NCBI GenBank assembly: GCA_001600815.1
Contig: BCKZ01000002.1
Coordinates: 186,001 to 250,000, forward strand
DNA from: Alloascoidea hylecoeti
Taxonomy: Eukaryota
Direction: 5' to 3'
DNA length: 64,000 nt
The notes beneath the pieces were generated by a model. The model saw only the letters and a program-made list of their open reading frames with translations. It was not told where the DNA came from and ran no database searches. This document shows positions 46,134 through 58,175 of this stretch, in pieces (the first letter of the stretch is position 1; each line of letters starts with the position of its first letter). The translations under genes were made by a program, and so were the position numbers.

Positions 46134-48575
46134 TTAAGAATAACGACGTCGTTTATGTGTTTCGGGTGATTTGGGTGAATATGATCGTTGTCTTTGAACT
46201 GAAATATCTCGAGATCTAGATTGTAAATGTGAAAGAGGAGCTCTTGATCGAGATCCTTTATCAGATGGATAATTTCGTTGTTCTCCGTTGGTATTTTTTG
46301 GCTTTGTAGAAGGACTATGAGAACCTGGCTTTCTAGATGGTTCATTTGCAGATTTGTTCGTGTATCTTGAACCTGACCTTGATCTTGAATCAAAACTTTT
46401 TGTCCTTTGTCTTGAGTAACTTCTTGATCTTGAATAACTTCTTGATCTTGAATAACTTCTTGATCTTGAATAGCTTCCCGATCTCGAGTAACTTCTTGGC
46501 CTTGATCTTGAGTAACTTCTCGTTCTTGATCTTGAGCTTCTTGTTCTCGATCTTGAGTAGCTTCGTGATCTTGACCTCGAATCATAGCTTCTTGATCTAG
46601 ATCTAGAGTCATATGACCTAGATGAATATGACCCTGACCTCGATCTTGAAGTACCAGTATAGCTTCCGGTTGTAGACGTAGATCTCGACCTCGATCTTGT
46701 TCTTGATCGACCTCTATTATTATGTTTTCCATCTTCACTTTCAGTTTTAATTGGTTTTGGCTCATCAGGTGGTAAGTTCTTCAAATATTCTCTCATATTC
46801 ACTGTGAGCTCGCCCAATTTAATCGCTGTGAAGAAGTTGATGGAAAATCTTGTGTCTCTTGGGTTGTTGATCGGGAATATTTCTTCAAGAAAAGGTTGAA
46901 TATACGGTTCATCAAACCTCTTTTTTAGTTCATTTACACCAACCTCTGTTTTCATTTGTTCAAACATATTCTTAATAAATATACGGGATGCTGACGTTGT
47001 TTCATCTTCATTAAGATGAATACAACTAAATACCTCACACCCTAGTGCATCAGAAGCTAATATATGTCCCCAGAACTGGGAAATATTTCTAATTTTGTTT
47101 AGTTCATATCTGTGAATATCTTGATAATAATTTTGAAATGCCTTGGCAAATAAAGATTCCCATCTCCTATTAACACGACAGAACCTTTCCCCAATTAATC
47201 CGTAGAACTTGGTGTACATTTTTGATTCGGCACACGATTCAACAATCATGTTGACCATCTCAATTTCTTGACCCTCTGGGAGTTTGATGCGCATAAGTTT
47301 ATGACAAGCTTCATCGTGTGACATACTACTCATTAGGGTTAAGTAGATTGATTTTCTAAGTTTATTTAAATCATTATTGGTCATATCCTTGATTTCAAGA
47401 ACTGGACCTTTAATATCACCGTCTTCTTCTTCACTGTGTTCCGGTTCATCATCATCCGACTGTGAATCTGAATCATCCGAGTCTAAACCAGACTCTTCAT
47501 CACTATCATCCTCATCCCCTAAAATCTGTTTCTTGAGCTGCTGATATGACTCCTCGTTGTCTTCGTAATCAGGATCATAGTTGAAAACGTTTAACGACTC
47601 CTGGCCTTTAAGCTGTTCATCCAAACCAATTGTGTGTGTAATTTGTTCATCTTCCTCCACTAAGTCAAGTTCCGTAGGAATAATCGGATTATCTTTATAA
47701 TTATCTTTTCTGATCTGAAATAACACCTCGATCATATATTGTGTCCTCTTATCTAGTGAACCCTCATGCAATATAGCTCTGAATCTTTCAAATACACTAT
47801 TAGTTGCTGTTGAACTAAATTCGGCCAAAAAGGCACCAACTTCTTTCATAAATCCAACCGCAATTTCCACGGACCCATTTGTAGGTTGTTGCAATAATAA
47901 ATGAATAATTTCAAGAACCAAAATTTCATGTGCTACCTGCTGATTACATAGATGAGCCAGAAACATTGTTGAGCTGATACATGTAGCCTTATCATTTCTT
48001 CTGAAAGCTTTCCTAAATTGGGTAATCAATCTTGTTACTAATAATTCGCCTATTTTAGGTATTTTTGTATTAATAACAGCAACAAAAGACGCATAAACAG
48101 ATGTAAATGGCAAACTTAAAGCTTGGGCCTTCATTATACTCCGAACAAATACACCTCTTCCTCGAATCAGATTGAGGTCAAAAATATCTGTAATTATTTC
48201 CTTGATATTTGAAACGTTCACCTTATTAATTGCACCATTTATTGATTTCTTCAATTTATCCCATTCTAAACGTTGATACTCTATCGATGTTTTTGAAAGG
48301 TGTAGTTGTGCTAACAATGCTTTAAGTTTTGCAGGAGGGACATATCTACCACCGGATTTCATGGTCATGAGCTCTTTATATTCCTCCGCTATTTTCTCGT
48401 TTCTTTTATCTAAATCAGATGTATTGCTTTTAATATTTGAAGCTTTTACAAGCTCTTCTTCATCGTTTCCTGTCTTTACAACCGGCACTTTTATCTCCTT
48501 TTCAGTTAAATCTATATTATCTGGAATACTCTCATCTTTATTGGGAGTTTGAATGTCTATAGTAGATGTGACCAT
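46134..48575 (-). CDS. CWC22: Splicing factor Cwc22 (MIF4G+MA3) with long C-terminal RS domain
   Basis: GGRYVPPAKL, YQRLEWDKLKKSING, IYLTLMSS, RFSINFFTAIKLG; first ATG at 48575. Confidence 0.95.
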   Translation of the reverse strand: MVTSTIDIQTPNKDESIPDNIDLTEKEIKVPVVKTGNDEEELVKASNIKSNTSDLDKRNEKIAEEYKELMTMKSGGRYVPPAKLKALLAQLHLSKTSIEYQRLEWDKLKKSINGAINKVNVSNIKEIITDIFDLNLIRGRGVFVRSIMKAQALSLPFTSVYASFVAVINTKIPKIGELLVTRLITQFRKAFRRNDKATCISSTMFLAHLCNQQVAHEILVLEIIHLLLQQPTNGSVEIAVGFMKEVGAFLAEFSSTATNSVFERFRAILHEGSLDKRTQYMIEVLFQIRKDNYKDNPIIPTELDLVEEDEQITHTIGLDEQLKGQESLNVFNYDPDYEDNEESYQQLKKQILGDEDDSDEESGLDSDDSDSQSDDDEPEHSEEEDGDIKGPVLEIKDMTNNDLNKLRKSIYLTLMSSMSHDEACHKLMRIKLPEGQEIEMVNMIVESCAESKMYTKFYGLIGERFCRVNRRWESLFAKAFQNYYQDIHRYELNKIRNISQFWGHILASDALGCEVFSCIHLNEDETTSASRIFIKNMFEQMKTEVGVNELKKRFDEPYIQPFLEEIFPINNPRDTRFSINFFTAIKLGELTVNMREYLKNLPPDEPKPIKTESEDGKHNNRGRSRTRSRSRSTSTTGSYTGTSRSRSGSYSSRSYDSRSRSRSYDSRSRSRSYSRSRTRSSRSRTRSYSRSRPRSYSRSGSYSRSRSYSRSRSYSRSRSYSRQRTKSFDSRSRSGSRYTNKSANEPSRKPGSHSPSTKPKNTNGEQRNYPSDKGSRSRAPLSHLQSRSRDISVQRQRSYSPKSPETHKRRRYS

Positions 48576-49344
48576 TATAATATACAAAACAAGATAGAGC
48601 CAAAGGATAGTGTTTAAGTGTGTTTAATTTTTAAGGTGTTGTACGGATGTATCAAATAGTTAAACTTTGAAATTGGAATTATATGCTTTCCATTGCAAAA
48701 ATAATAGGACGCTGTGCTTTGTTTCCCATACATTCTAGTGTGTTCGCAATGGTATGAAATATTCGAGCTCATTATGCTGGAAATGGGTTTTGTAAAATTT
48801 TGGAGAGTGAATGGTATAGTTAGTGTTTGATATATCAATTAAGCCTTAGCATCATTAATATTTATGAATATCCAAATTTTATACAAGTATTATTTAAAAG
48901 TAGTCTTCTCTTTCTATTGGCTCTCTTCAACTCTTCGGTCCAAATTTTCCCATGATCATACGTATCAAGCATCTTATATTACCATCTTGTAAATTTACTG
49001 ACTAAAGCAGATTTCTCAATTTAGTGTACTCCTAGATTTAGTGGATTAGTTTTATATACAATGGTGGTCATGGCTATAGTTCTTCGACTTTTGTTGCGGC
49101 TTGAATGGGAAGATGATATCATGTTCTCGCAGTTAAGCCAAGATCATATTATAGTGATTCCACTTATTGTTGGCCACTTGGTGGAAACACTGTATTTATG
49201 TTTAAATATGGATTATAAAAAGATAGCATAATTGAAAGGTAGTATACAACATTAAGGAGCTATTTCATTTAATTTACATGAATTTGAATAAAGAAAGTAT
49301 GTTAAATATAAATAAAAAGGATGAAACATATTTATAAACAAATA

Positions 49345-49880
49345 AATCTTTAGTTAACTCTTTTGGAATGAGGAATATTAATTGCGGATGATCATGATTT
49401 AGTGGTTCGGTTCTTTTGATGATTCTTAACTACTCTTCTTCTTTACCCTATTTATAGTCAAGAGACACATTTTTGAATAATAAATCAAGATATGGTCCTC
49501 TTTTTTAACTGCTGTAATTAAAGTTGCAACCGATTTGTGGTTGATGCAATATGATTATAATACTTTGACAAATTGCAATTGATTATTGGGATTACCTTTA
49601 TTATCAAATTCTTGATTAGAAAAATCCAAATAGGTACAAGACGGACGGCGGTTCATTTGATCTTTCATTTATACCATCATAGAGAGCATATGCATCCTTA
49701 TTATCAAAATCTCTGATCAAAGTTTGTATTGATGAAGGTAATCTGTAGCTAAAAAATGATAATAAAAAACATAGTACGACTATGTGAGAAAGAGAAGATG
49801 GTTTAGGTTTATTAAATATAGAAGAGGAATGCTTAGCAAACCACCAAAACGGAATGATTAAGTAATTCTGGTTTTTCTAG
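49345..49880 (-). repeat. Dispersed repeat, copy 3 (inverted relative to copies 1 and 2)
   Basis: AACTCTTTTGGAATGAGGAA (49356) is the reverse complement of 1436-1455; TTATCAAATTCTTGATT.GAA.AATCCAAATA matches ~3749-3781. Confidence 0.8.
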
Positions 49881-50086
49881 TGAGTTTGATGGATTTTCAA
49901 TTGTTTGCAAGCCCTATTATTTTATTTACAATCAAAAGTATTATAAATATTATGCATTTTATTGCAGAGATCAATTCTTTCAAATGAATATAATGCGATT
50001 CTGCATATAATATAAAGTGTAGTTAAAGATATGGGTAAAAACAAAACAAAAATATTTATAAGTCTCTCCGAGATCAAAACATATAA

Positions 50087-51610
50087 TTATAAGCTAACAT
50101 CATTTATAGCAGATATCTCATATTTTCCATTTTCTGATAACTGAATATACTTATCGCAAGTTGGTACTTCATTCTTAACATGACCAACTATAAGCACAGT
50201 TCCTGTCCAAAGATCAATAATCTCCTTGCATTGTTCAATTCGTGAGTCATCCATTGCTGATAAAGCTTCATCTAAAATTAGAATATCTGGATTTTTTAAG
50301 ATTGCCCTTGCGAATAATACCGTTTTTTGATCACTAATGGATAAATCACGGAAAGTGATATCGGGGTTAATTCCAAATTCATCAACCAACTCTTGTACTC
50401 TTTTTTCTTGATTGGCGGTCAGTTTTGGAGGAACAAAACTACCAACTAAGAAACCAGTGGATATTGCCTGATATGAAGTTAAGTCTTTTGGAAATAATGC
50501 ATGGATTTCTGGAGAGACATGGCCGATTTTATCATTAGTTGAAAAATAGTCGCTCTTTCCTGTTTGTCGGGGTTGACCAAACATTTGAATCTTTTTATTC
50601 CATGATTGGGGATGATCAGCTGTAATCAGAGAGAGTAAAGTACTTTTTCCTGTACCGTTATTACCTCGAATATGCCATTTTTCTCCCTCTTTTACTTCCC
50701 AATTAATGTCCTTAAAGACTGTTTGGCCTCTATAACATACAGCGACTCCATCAAGTTTAATAACTGTTTTGGAAAATGCATTGGGATCCCGGGATTTCTT
50801 TTGAATTTTCGACAATACGCGTTTTTTTATTCTTTCTTTAAGTTCTATGGCAGCAATTCTCTTAGCATCTTCATCTTTCTCACGTAACTCTTGCAAGTGT
50901 CCTTCGATGATACTCTTTTCACCATTGGCCAGAATTCCATTTTTGTCAACAATCGCAACGTGAGTAATCCAGTTAGGAACAGGATCCTGATACCTTAAAC
51001 CCAATATAACATGTGGAGATGGTGGTAAACGGCCTAACAAACCTAAAATCAATTCTGTAGCGCTTGGATCCAAGCCCAAAGCTGGATCATCGACAATTAA
51101 TAGTTTGGGATTCTTATATAATGCTTTGGCGAATCTAGCTCTTCTCATTTGACCATTACTAAGACCCATTGCCCATTTGTCCTGATGTTCAGATAAATTT
51201 AGTTGGGATAGAATTTTTGAAACATGTTCCTCATGACCAGGCTTTACAGTTCTATAACCAGAAATGAATTCCAATACAGTTTGATCTTCTTGCAAGTCCT
51301 TGAAAAATTCATAACGGGCAGATAGATGTGCTGTTTTCATAACGCTATCAAATTGCATCAATTCAATAGCGTCGCTTGGCCATAATTTTTTATTTAGAAA
51401 TGGATAAGTTAAGGATAGAGGAGAAGCTGGAATGTGTCTTGAAGCGACGGTTTTCAGGAAGTCTGTTTTATGGGAACCTACGACAGCCCAACGTTCATTA
51501 TCATGAATTGAGAGAGACAAGGGGTTCTTAAAAGGAGGTGGAGCATTTAAGTGAGGAAAGGATCGAACAACAAAATTGTCCAGCTTGACCAAAACTTTAA
51601 GGCCGGACAT
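50087..51610 (-). CDS. ModF-like dual-NBD ABC protein without TM domains (YDR061W-like)
   Basis: LSNGQMRRARFA, GNNGTGKST, LILDEA; degenerate first Walker A. Confidence 0.88.
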   Translation of the reverse strand: MSGLKVLVKLDNFVVRSFPHLNAPPPFKNPLSLSIHDNERWAVVGSHKTDFLKTVASRHIPASPLSLTYPFLNKKLWPSDAIELMQFDSVMKTAHLSARYEFFKDLQEDQTVLEFISGYRTVKPGHEEHVSKILSQLNLSEHQDKWAMGLSNGQMRRARFAKALYKNPKLLIVDDPALGLDPSATELILGLLGRLPPSPHVILGLRYQDPVPNWITHVAIVDKNGILANGEKSIIEGHLQELREKDEDAKRIAAIELKERIKKRVLSKIQKKSRDPNAFSKTVIKLDGVAVCYRGQTVFKDINWEVKEGEKWHIRGNNGTGKSTLLSLITADHPQSWNKKIQMFGQPRQTGKSDYFSTNDKIGHVSPEIHALFPKDLTSYQAISTGFLVGSFVPPKLTANQEKRVQELVDEFGINPDITFRDLSISDQKTVLFARAILKNPDILILDEALSAMDDSRIEQCKEIIDLWTGTVLIVGHVKNEVPTCDKYIQLSENGKYEISAINDVSL

Positions 51611-51728
51611 TTTTATTTTAAGTGGTTCTACGTACTTTTGTGGGATAAGATTTTACTACACACACTGACTCACCAGAATATAATAATTTTTGAACAAGCA
51701 ATTGCAAACAAACAAAACCACAAAACAG

Positions 51729-51730
<2 letters not shown>

Positions 51731-51763
<33 letters not shown>
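51731..51763 (+). repeat. (ACA)11 microsatellite
   Basis: Direct reading. Confidence 0.95.
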
Positions 51764-51764
<1 letters not shown>

Positions 51765-51965
51765 GTCTTTTACAATATTCGACGGAACGTATGACTGCAC
51801 AGTCATAGATACAATAAATAGAAATATCTGTAAATAAATCGATAATTATGAACAGTATATTCCGCAAATAGACTATTGGCTTATCGCACGTACATTACCC
51901 GGTCATACCTACCATCTTTGTACGTGGCTCACTCTTTCAGCTCCAGTCAACATTTATATATCACA

Positions 51966-53553
51966 ATGGATGAAGACTACGACGTTATTGTTTTAGGTAG
52001 GAATTGCGTTCAAGACAGATAAACCCTGTAAATATGTAACCTATTTAACTGACTCCTTCCGTTTTTCTAGGCACTGGTATGTTTTATCGTGACATCGACT
52101 CCGATAGATCTCTTTGATCTGGTCCCCTAAAATATCAATTGATTTGTATAATAGTTATCTAACTGTTCATCTTGTGTTTAAGGTCTTACCGAGTGCATTT
52201 TATCTGGTCTTCTATCAGTTGATGGCAAGAAAGTGCTTCATGTTGATCGACTAGATCATTACGGTGGGTATGTTTCACCATGGCACATGTTTATCTGGAC
52301 AATCTAACTTTTTGACTTCTTTATTTCTTAGTGAGAGTGCAAGTTTAAATCTAACACAATTATATTCGAAATTCCGCCCTAATTCTAAGCCCGATGAGAA
52401 ATTTGGACGTGACAGAGATTGGTGTGTCGATCTTATCCCAAAATTCCTCATGGCTGGAGGAGAACTAACAAACATTTTGGTTCATACTGATGTTACTCGT
52501 TATATCGAATTCAAACAAATTTCAGGATCCTATGTATATAGATCTGGTAGAATTGCTAAGGTTCCTGCTACTGAAGTCGAAGCCATTTCATCCCCTTTGA
52601 TGGGAATATTTGAAAAAAGACGTATGAAGAGATTCTTGGAGTTTGTTCTCAAGTATGAGGAGGATAATATCTCAACCCATCAAGGTCTCGATTTGGATAA
52701 AAACACTGCAAATGAAGTATATGCAAAATTTGGTTTGGAAAGTGGTACTAAAGATTTCATCGGCCATGCTATGGCCTTATGGTCAAATGATGAGTACCTA
52801 AATGAACCTGCAAGAGAAACTTATGACAGAATGATTTTATATCTTCAATCCGTTGCTAGATATGGTAAAAGTCCTTACATCTATCCATTATATGGTCTTG
52901 GCGAACTTCCACAAGGTTTTGCACGTTTATCTGCAATCTACGGTGGCACTTATATGTTAGATACTCCAGTTGATGAAATCCTATACAATTCCGACGGTAA
53001 AGCCACTGGTATTAGATCAGGCGAAGGAAAGGCGCATGCCCCCATCATCATTGGTGATCCAACCTACTTTCCCGATAAAGTCCGTAAAACCGGACATCGA
53101 GTTATTCGTGCAATGTGCATTCTAGATCATCCTATTCAAAACACAGACAACTCCGACTCTGCACAAATCATCATTCCTCAAACACAAGTTGGTAGAAAGA
53201 ATGATATTTATATTGCAGTGATTTCTTCTTCTCACAATGTATGCGCCAGTGGCTATTACATTGCTATTATCTCTACAATCATTGAGACTGATAAGCCACA
53301 TGTTGAACTCGAGCCAGCTTTCAAACTGATTGGATCTACAAAAAATGTTTTGATGGGTATTTCAGACCTCTGGGAGCCAATTGCCGATGGATCTACAGAC
53401 AATGTATTCATTTCTAAAAGTTATGATGCTTCAAGTCACTTTGAAACAACAACTGATGATGTTAAGGATCTGTACTTTAGAATCACGGGCAAGCCGCTTG
53501 TATTGAAGAAACGGCCAACTGCTGAGGAAGAAGAGGCATTAGCTGGCTTGTAA
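51966..53553 (+). CDS. GDI1: Rab GDP-dissociation inhibitor (4 exons)
   Basis: Exons 51966-51996, 52071-52076, 52183-52267, 52332-53553: [43 protein letters not shown]. Confidence 0.96.
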
Positions 53554-53618
53554 GATTGCTATTCATTATATAATATCATATTTATGTCAAGTCGAATCCA
53601 ACTGATAGACTAAATTTA

Positions 53619-53707
53619 TACTTTACATTAGAATAAATGAATATTACCTGATTATTTCAATACTTTACATTAAAATTAAATGAATATTAACCGAATACTC
53701 ATTTCAA
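53619..53707 (+). repeat. Imperfect ~42-bp tandem duplication
   Basis: TACTTTACATTA.AAT.AAATGAATATTA occurs twice (53619, 53661). Confidence 0.75.
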
Positions 53708-53947
53708 AATCAATTGGTAGCAAGTGTAATTATAAACTTACGAATTAAACTTATAATTAAGATTTGGGCGTTGGGGTGTGTTCAAATCGACCCACCAGAT
53801 CAACAATTAAGGAGTTCTTAACTTCAACCAACTCTTTTTCCTTCTTCTTTGCGTATTTTCTCACTCTCATTTCATCAGTTTATTTTCGTTTTTTATTCAA
53901 TTTTTTTGTTCGGTTTTGCCATCAACAGAACCTTTTTTTACCGGAAA

Positions 53948-55579
53948 ATGTCGAACAAAGTCAAGGAAGAGGAGTTTGGTACTCTAACCTCCAAGGAGTA
54001 TCTTTATGTTTCTGAACATCCTCGTGGAAAACCAGTGGAAGACCCTATTATCGATGAGCCGCCATATTTTTATTTGCTGGCAACCTATTTTAACTACTTG
54101 TTACTCATTATTTTGGGCCATTTACGTGATTTCTTTGGTAAAATTTTCTACCCAGAGGATTACAAAGACATGATTGAACTCGACGGTTACGCCCCATTAT
54201 ATTCGAACTTTGAATCCTTTTATGTTAGAAGAATGAAACATAGATTAGATGATTGCTTTTCTCGTCCGACGACCGGTGTGCCTGGAAGATACATCACGCT
54301 ACTTGACCGTGTCTCAACAGATTACAACACGACTTTCAAGCTTACTGGAGGAACAACTGCTTGTCTTAATCTATCGTCGTACAATTATCTTGGATTTGCC
54401 CAGTCTAAAGGTCAATGTACTGATGCCACCGAGGAGGCCATCTACAAGTATGGAACTTCTTCCGGTGGTCCCAGAAATCAGGTGGGAACTACAGATTTAC
54501 ATCTTGAGACCGAAAAGGTAATTTCTACGTTCCTCGGCAAGGAAGATGCTATGGTATTTTCTATGGGTTACGGTACTAATGCAAACTTATTTACTTCACT
54601 TGCAGACTCACACTCTCTCGTTATTTCCGATGAGCTGAATCATGCTAGTTTGCGTTTTGGATCTCGTCTCTCTGGTGCCATCATTAAGATCTTCAAACAC
54701 AATGATATGTCGGCCTTAGAAAAACTTCTCCGTGAGCAAATTAGTCAAGGTCAACCTCGAACTCATAGACCATGGAAAAAAATATTTGTTGTTGTCGAAG
54801 GTTTATTTTCTATGGAAGGTACCATGTGTAATCTACCCCGTCTTGTTGAATTAAGAAAGCAGTACAAGTTTTATTTGTTCGTCGATGAGGCCCATTCTAT
54901 TGGTGCTATGGGTCCTCATGGTCGTGGTGTTTGTGATTATTACCATATTGATCCTTCAAATGTCGACATTCTAATGGGTACTCTAACAAAAAGTTTTGGT
55001 GCAACTGGCGGTTATATAGCCGCAGACAAATGTGTTATTGATCGTTTAAGACTAGATGTTACTACAGCTGAATATGGTGAATCCATGTCCCCTCCTGTTT
55101 TGTCACAAATAATTTCAGCTTTGAAAACAATCAGTGGAGAAGTCAATCCCGGTGAAGGCCAAGAAAGATTACAACGTTTAGCATTCAATAGTCGATATGT
55201 CCGTCTTGCTTTGAAACGTCTAGGTTTCATTGTGTATGGTGTCGATGATTCTCCTGTTATTCCATTGTTGTTATATCTCCCTCCTAAAATGCCAATGTTT
55301 TCTAGAAAGATGTTGAAGAAGAATATTGCCGTTGTTGTTGTCGGTTACCCAGCTGCTCCACTGTCCTCTAATCGTGTGAGACTTTGCCTTAGTGCCGCAC
55401 TAACCAAGGAGGATCTTGATTACTTTTTAACAGAAGTTTCAAAAGTGGGTGACGAAATGGTTCTGAAAATCAGCTCTGGTGCTGCTGGTGGAGGAAAAGT
55501 AAAGGGAGAGAAGCCACGTTGGTCTCTAGAAGAGGTGTTAGCCACATGTGCGGAAGATGCAAAGAAGCCATTTGATTAA
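53948..55579 (+). CDS. LCB2: Serine palmitoyltransferase subunit 2
   Basis: NLSSYNYLGFAQ, DEAHSIGA, PLP lysine in GTLTKSFG; first ATG at 53948. Confidence 0.96.
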   Translation: MSNKVKEEEFGTLTSKEYLYVSEHPRGKPVEDPIIDEPPYFYLLATYFNYLLLIILGHLRDFFGKIFYPEDYKDMIELDGYAPLYSNFESFYVRRMKHRLDDCFSRPTTGVPGRYITLLDRVSTDYNTTFKLTGGTTACLNLSSYNYLGFAQSKGQCTDATEEAIYKYGTSSGGPRNQVGTTDLHLETEKVISTFLGKEDAMVFSMGYGTNANLFTSLADSHSLVISDELNHASLRFGSRLSGAIIKIFKHNDMSALEKLLREQISQGQPRTHRPWKKIFVVVEGLFSMEGTMCNLPRLVELRKQYKFYLFVDEAHSIGAMGPHGRGVCDYYHIDPSNVDILMGTLTKSFGATGGYIAADKCVIDRLRLDVTTAEYGESMSPPVLSQIISALKTISGEVNPGEGQERLQRLAFNSRYVRLALKRLGFIVYGVDDSPVIPLLLYLPPKMPMFSRKMLKKNIAVVVVGYPAAPLSSNRVRLCLSAALTKEDLDYFLTEVSKVGDEMVLKISSGAAGGGKVKGEKPRWSLEEVLATCAEDAKKPFD

Positions 55580-56765
55580 TTCTTCTGTACATTTGTCGAC
55601 CATTTCAAACATATAGAAGCTGACTACAATTATAATTGAAACAGTTAACGAGAAACTTAATAAGAGTAAATCAAACAAAATAAATTGTTCATATATTTTG
55701 GGGTTTTACCATCTTGCAATTGGTCATTTTTTTTTTGGAGTTATATCATTTATTATACTCACCAACGAAATGCATTTTCACTAATAATACTATCCTAATC
55801 GTAATGCTCATCCTTTTACCCTTATTTTATTTACTCTTTGCTTTACTCTGTTTTTTTTATTCTATATATCATCCTCCTAGGATATTTTTTTTTAATAATA
55901 GATAACTATAGTATAATCAGTTTTTGATACTGCTGCATACATAAAATACAGGATATCTAACCAATATATAATAATACCTGTAGAAAATTTATATTTGAGC
56001 ATGTACCGGTATAATTTTAACATATTAATATTAGTATACCTTACAACTTGTATTAGTTAATATCCGACACAATATATAGTAAAATAGTGATTAACTAGTA
56101 CATGTACTACAGATTAAGAATAAAAGCCTCTTTCTCAATGAAATCCTAGAATATAACATGGAATTGGATCTTCCTTCCAGAAAGGTAAGTATGAGAAAGG
56201 GAAAATCTCTCTAATATAATAACAGTGAATCTTATCTATCCAGATTCCAGAGTGAAGGACCAGAATTCATCATTTTTACTTTGGATTAGATGGATCCAAT
56301 TAATGTTAAAAGGCAATTGTCTAATATTGAAACTCACCTAACATTAGTAATTATAACGAAAAGTTGAGAAATCAATATAATATATTCTTACTTGAATATG
56401 TCCGACTGTGATGGAAATTGTAGCGTCTGGCCATTGATATTTTTTGTTTCAAGCGTTTCTGTTGTTCACATATTGATAAAAAATATCTTTTAATTAGGAA
56501 CATCTCAATATCCAATCGTCACAACTATGATAATATAACCTATAGCTACTACTTTAATATTCATGATCATATACGCATAATGAATGGTATATAATTATGT
56601 GCAATTGCAAGTATATTAAGCTAGCAGATGAAAATTACTAGTAAACAAAAAATTAAAAAAAAGAAATCACAAAAACTAAATAACCCAAAATAAATTAAAT
56701 TAAGATTGAAAATTTATGATAAACCAACATAATGCATTTCCATTTATAATCGGCCAGTTTATCAA

Positions 56766-58043
56766 TTATTCCCAATCTTCATCTTCGTCGTCATCACTAG
56801 AGTTTTCAGTAGTGGTAGGATTTGAGGGAACTGGAACCACACCATCAGGTTGTCGATGTTTACTCACTATATCCAACATAGAGCTATTAGTGGATTCTAA
56901 TTCATATGTAACTTCACTTGAAGAGCGAGAGGAAACAGATTCAGACTTACTTTCTTTATTATTTTCTTTGACATTTAAGAGGTCCTTTCGTTTGGGTGTT
57001 ACTTTATCATCATCTTTATCTTTACGGCTGCTACCTTCATCATCACTATCCTCATCATCACTCCACTTAAACTCCTTTTCATCATCTGGTGTTTTAAGTG
57101 AAGCCTCCTGTAATAGGAGTTTTCTCTTCTCATCTTCCTCTTCAATTTTTCCTCTCATAAAGTAATAACGTGTCCAAAATTCGGCATATGTGATCTTGGT
57201 GGGAACAACCGATGACATCAAATCCCTCAATGAAGGATAAATTCTTAAATCATTTGAAATCTCATCGGTGTGCTCATCCACTAAAAAATTGGCAGCAAAA
57301 TCATCATAATTATTGTCAGGTGCAGCAGTGATGAAGGCTTCTGTTGAGGTATGAAGAGCATGTAGTTGAGCTTCTAATCTATTGGTTAACAGGAGAAGCG
57401 ACCGCTTTCCTTCAGTTTCTGTATTCTTAGATGTAGATAAAGATTTTGATTCATCACTACCTGTGATTTGAATATTTTCTTTTAATATTGTTGACAAATT
57501 TGTACCGATTCTGGTCACATACTTTCCAAGACCTTTTTCTACAGCTTCAAGATCTTCATCAAGTTCATCAAAATATTGTTGTGTTCGAGCACCAATAATC
57601 TCTAACATTTTACGTTGTTTCTTTAATGGTTCCTTATTCTCTGTGTTACTGTCCAGTGCATTGATATCCCTGGTGGCATCAGTAGTGGTGGAATTGTCGC
57701 CTTCAACTTTTAGATTATCTTCTAATTGTTTTGATAACCTGGCCAAATCTTGCTTCGTTTTTCCTAGAGCTTCACCTCCAGTTTTGTACACGTTCTGAAA
57801 CAATCCACCCAACTTGAGGCCCCAAACTGAACTAGATGCTTCAAACGCGTCATATGCCTTTCCAATATTAGCTTCAAGCTTACCGAATTGCTCTTCAGTT
57901 TTTGCCTTCAGCTCCAGATCTTTCTGGGTAGGAGAAACAGGGGTTTTAGATGGTGGTGCTGAGTTCTCTTTAATAGTACACAGCGAATCTGAGGATTGGT
58001 TCAGATCGAGACTGGAAGCTAACTGATCGTATGGGATATCCAT
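56766..58043 (-). CDS. DOS2: BSD-domain protein Dos2
   Basis: RLEAQLHALHT, VPTKITYAEFWTRYYF, acidic tail ending DWE. Confidence 0.85.
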   Translation of the reverse strand: MDIPYDQLASSLDLNQSSDSLCTIKENSAPPSKTPVSPTQKDLELKAKTEEQFGKLEANIGKAYDAFEASSSVWGLKLGGLFQNVYKTGGEALGKTKQDLARLSKQLEDNLKVEGDNSTTTDATRDINALDSNTENKEPLKKQRKMLEIIGARTQQYFDELDEDLEAVEKGLGKYVTRIGTNLSTILKENIQITGSDESKSLSTSKNTETEGKRSLLLLTNRLEAQLHALHTSTEAFITAAPDNNYDDFAANFLVDEHTDEISNDLRIYPSLRDLMSSVVPTKITYAEFWTRYYFMRGKIEEEDEKRKLLLQEASLKTPDDEKEFKWSDDEDSDDEGSSRKDKDDDKVTPKRKDLLNVKENNKESKSESVSSRSSSEVTYELESTNSSMLDIVSKHRQPDGVVPVPSNPTTTENSSDDDEDEDWE

Positions 58044-58175
58044 TTTGATTGTTTAAACAAATAAAGAAAGTATATATTCCAAATATATGATGAGTTACCC
58101 TGATTATACTCATACTCCTACCTTATTTTACACTAATATAATACCATTTTTCTTCAGCTACAGATACTAGGCGAC

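Noticed and set aside
46109..46765. 218-aa overlapping Q/D/E-rich ORF
   Set aside because: Alternate frame of the repetitive RS-coding region of CWC22
16845..48575. SMD3, U5 and CWC22 as a splicing gene cluster
   Set aside because: Separated by many unrelated genes; compatible with chance
56110..56530. Intron-like signals on both strands between LCB2 and DOS2
   Set aside because: No splice combination yields a convincing or recognisable ORF
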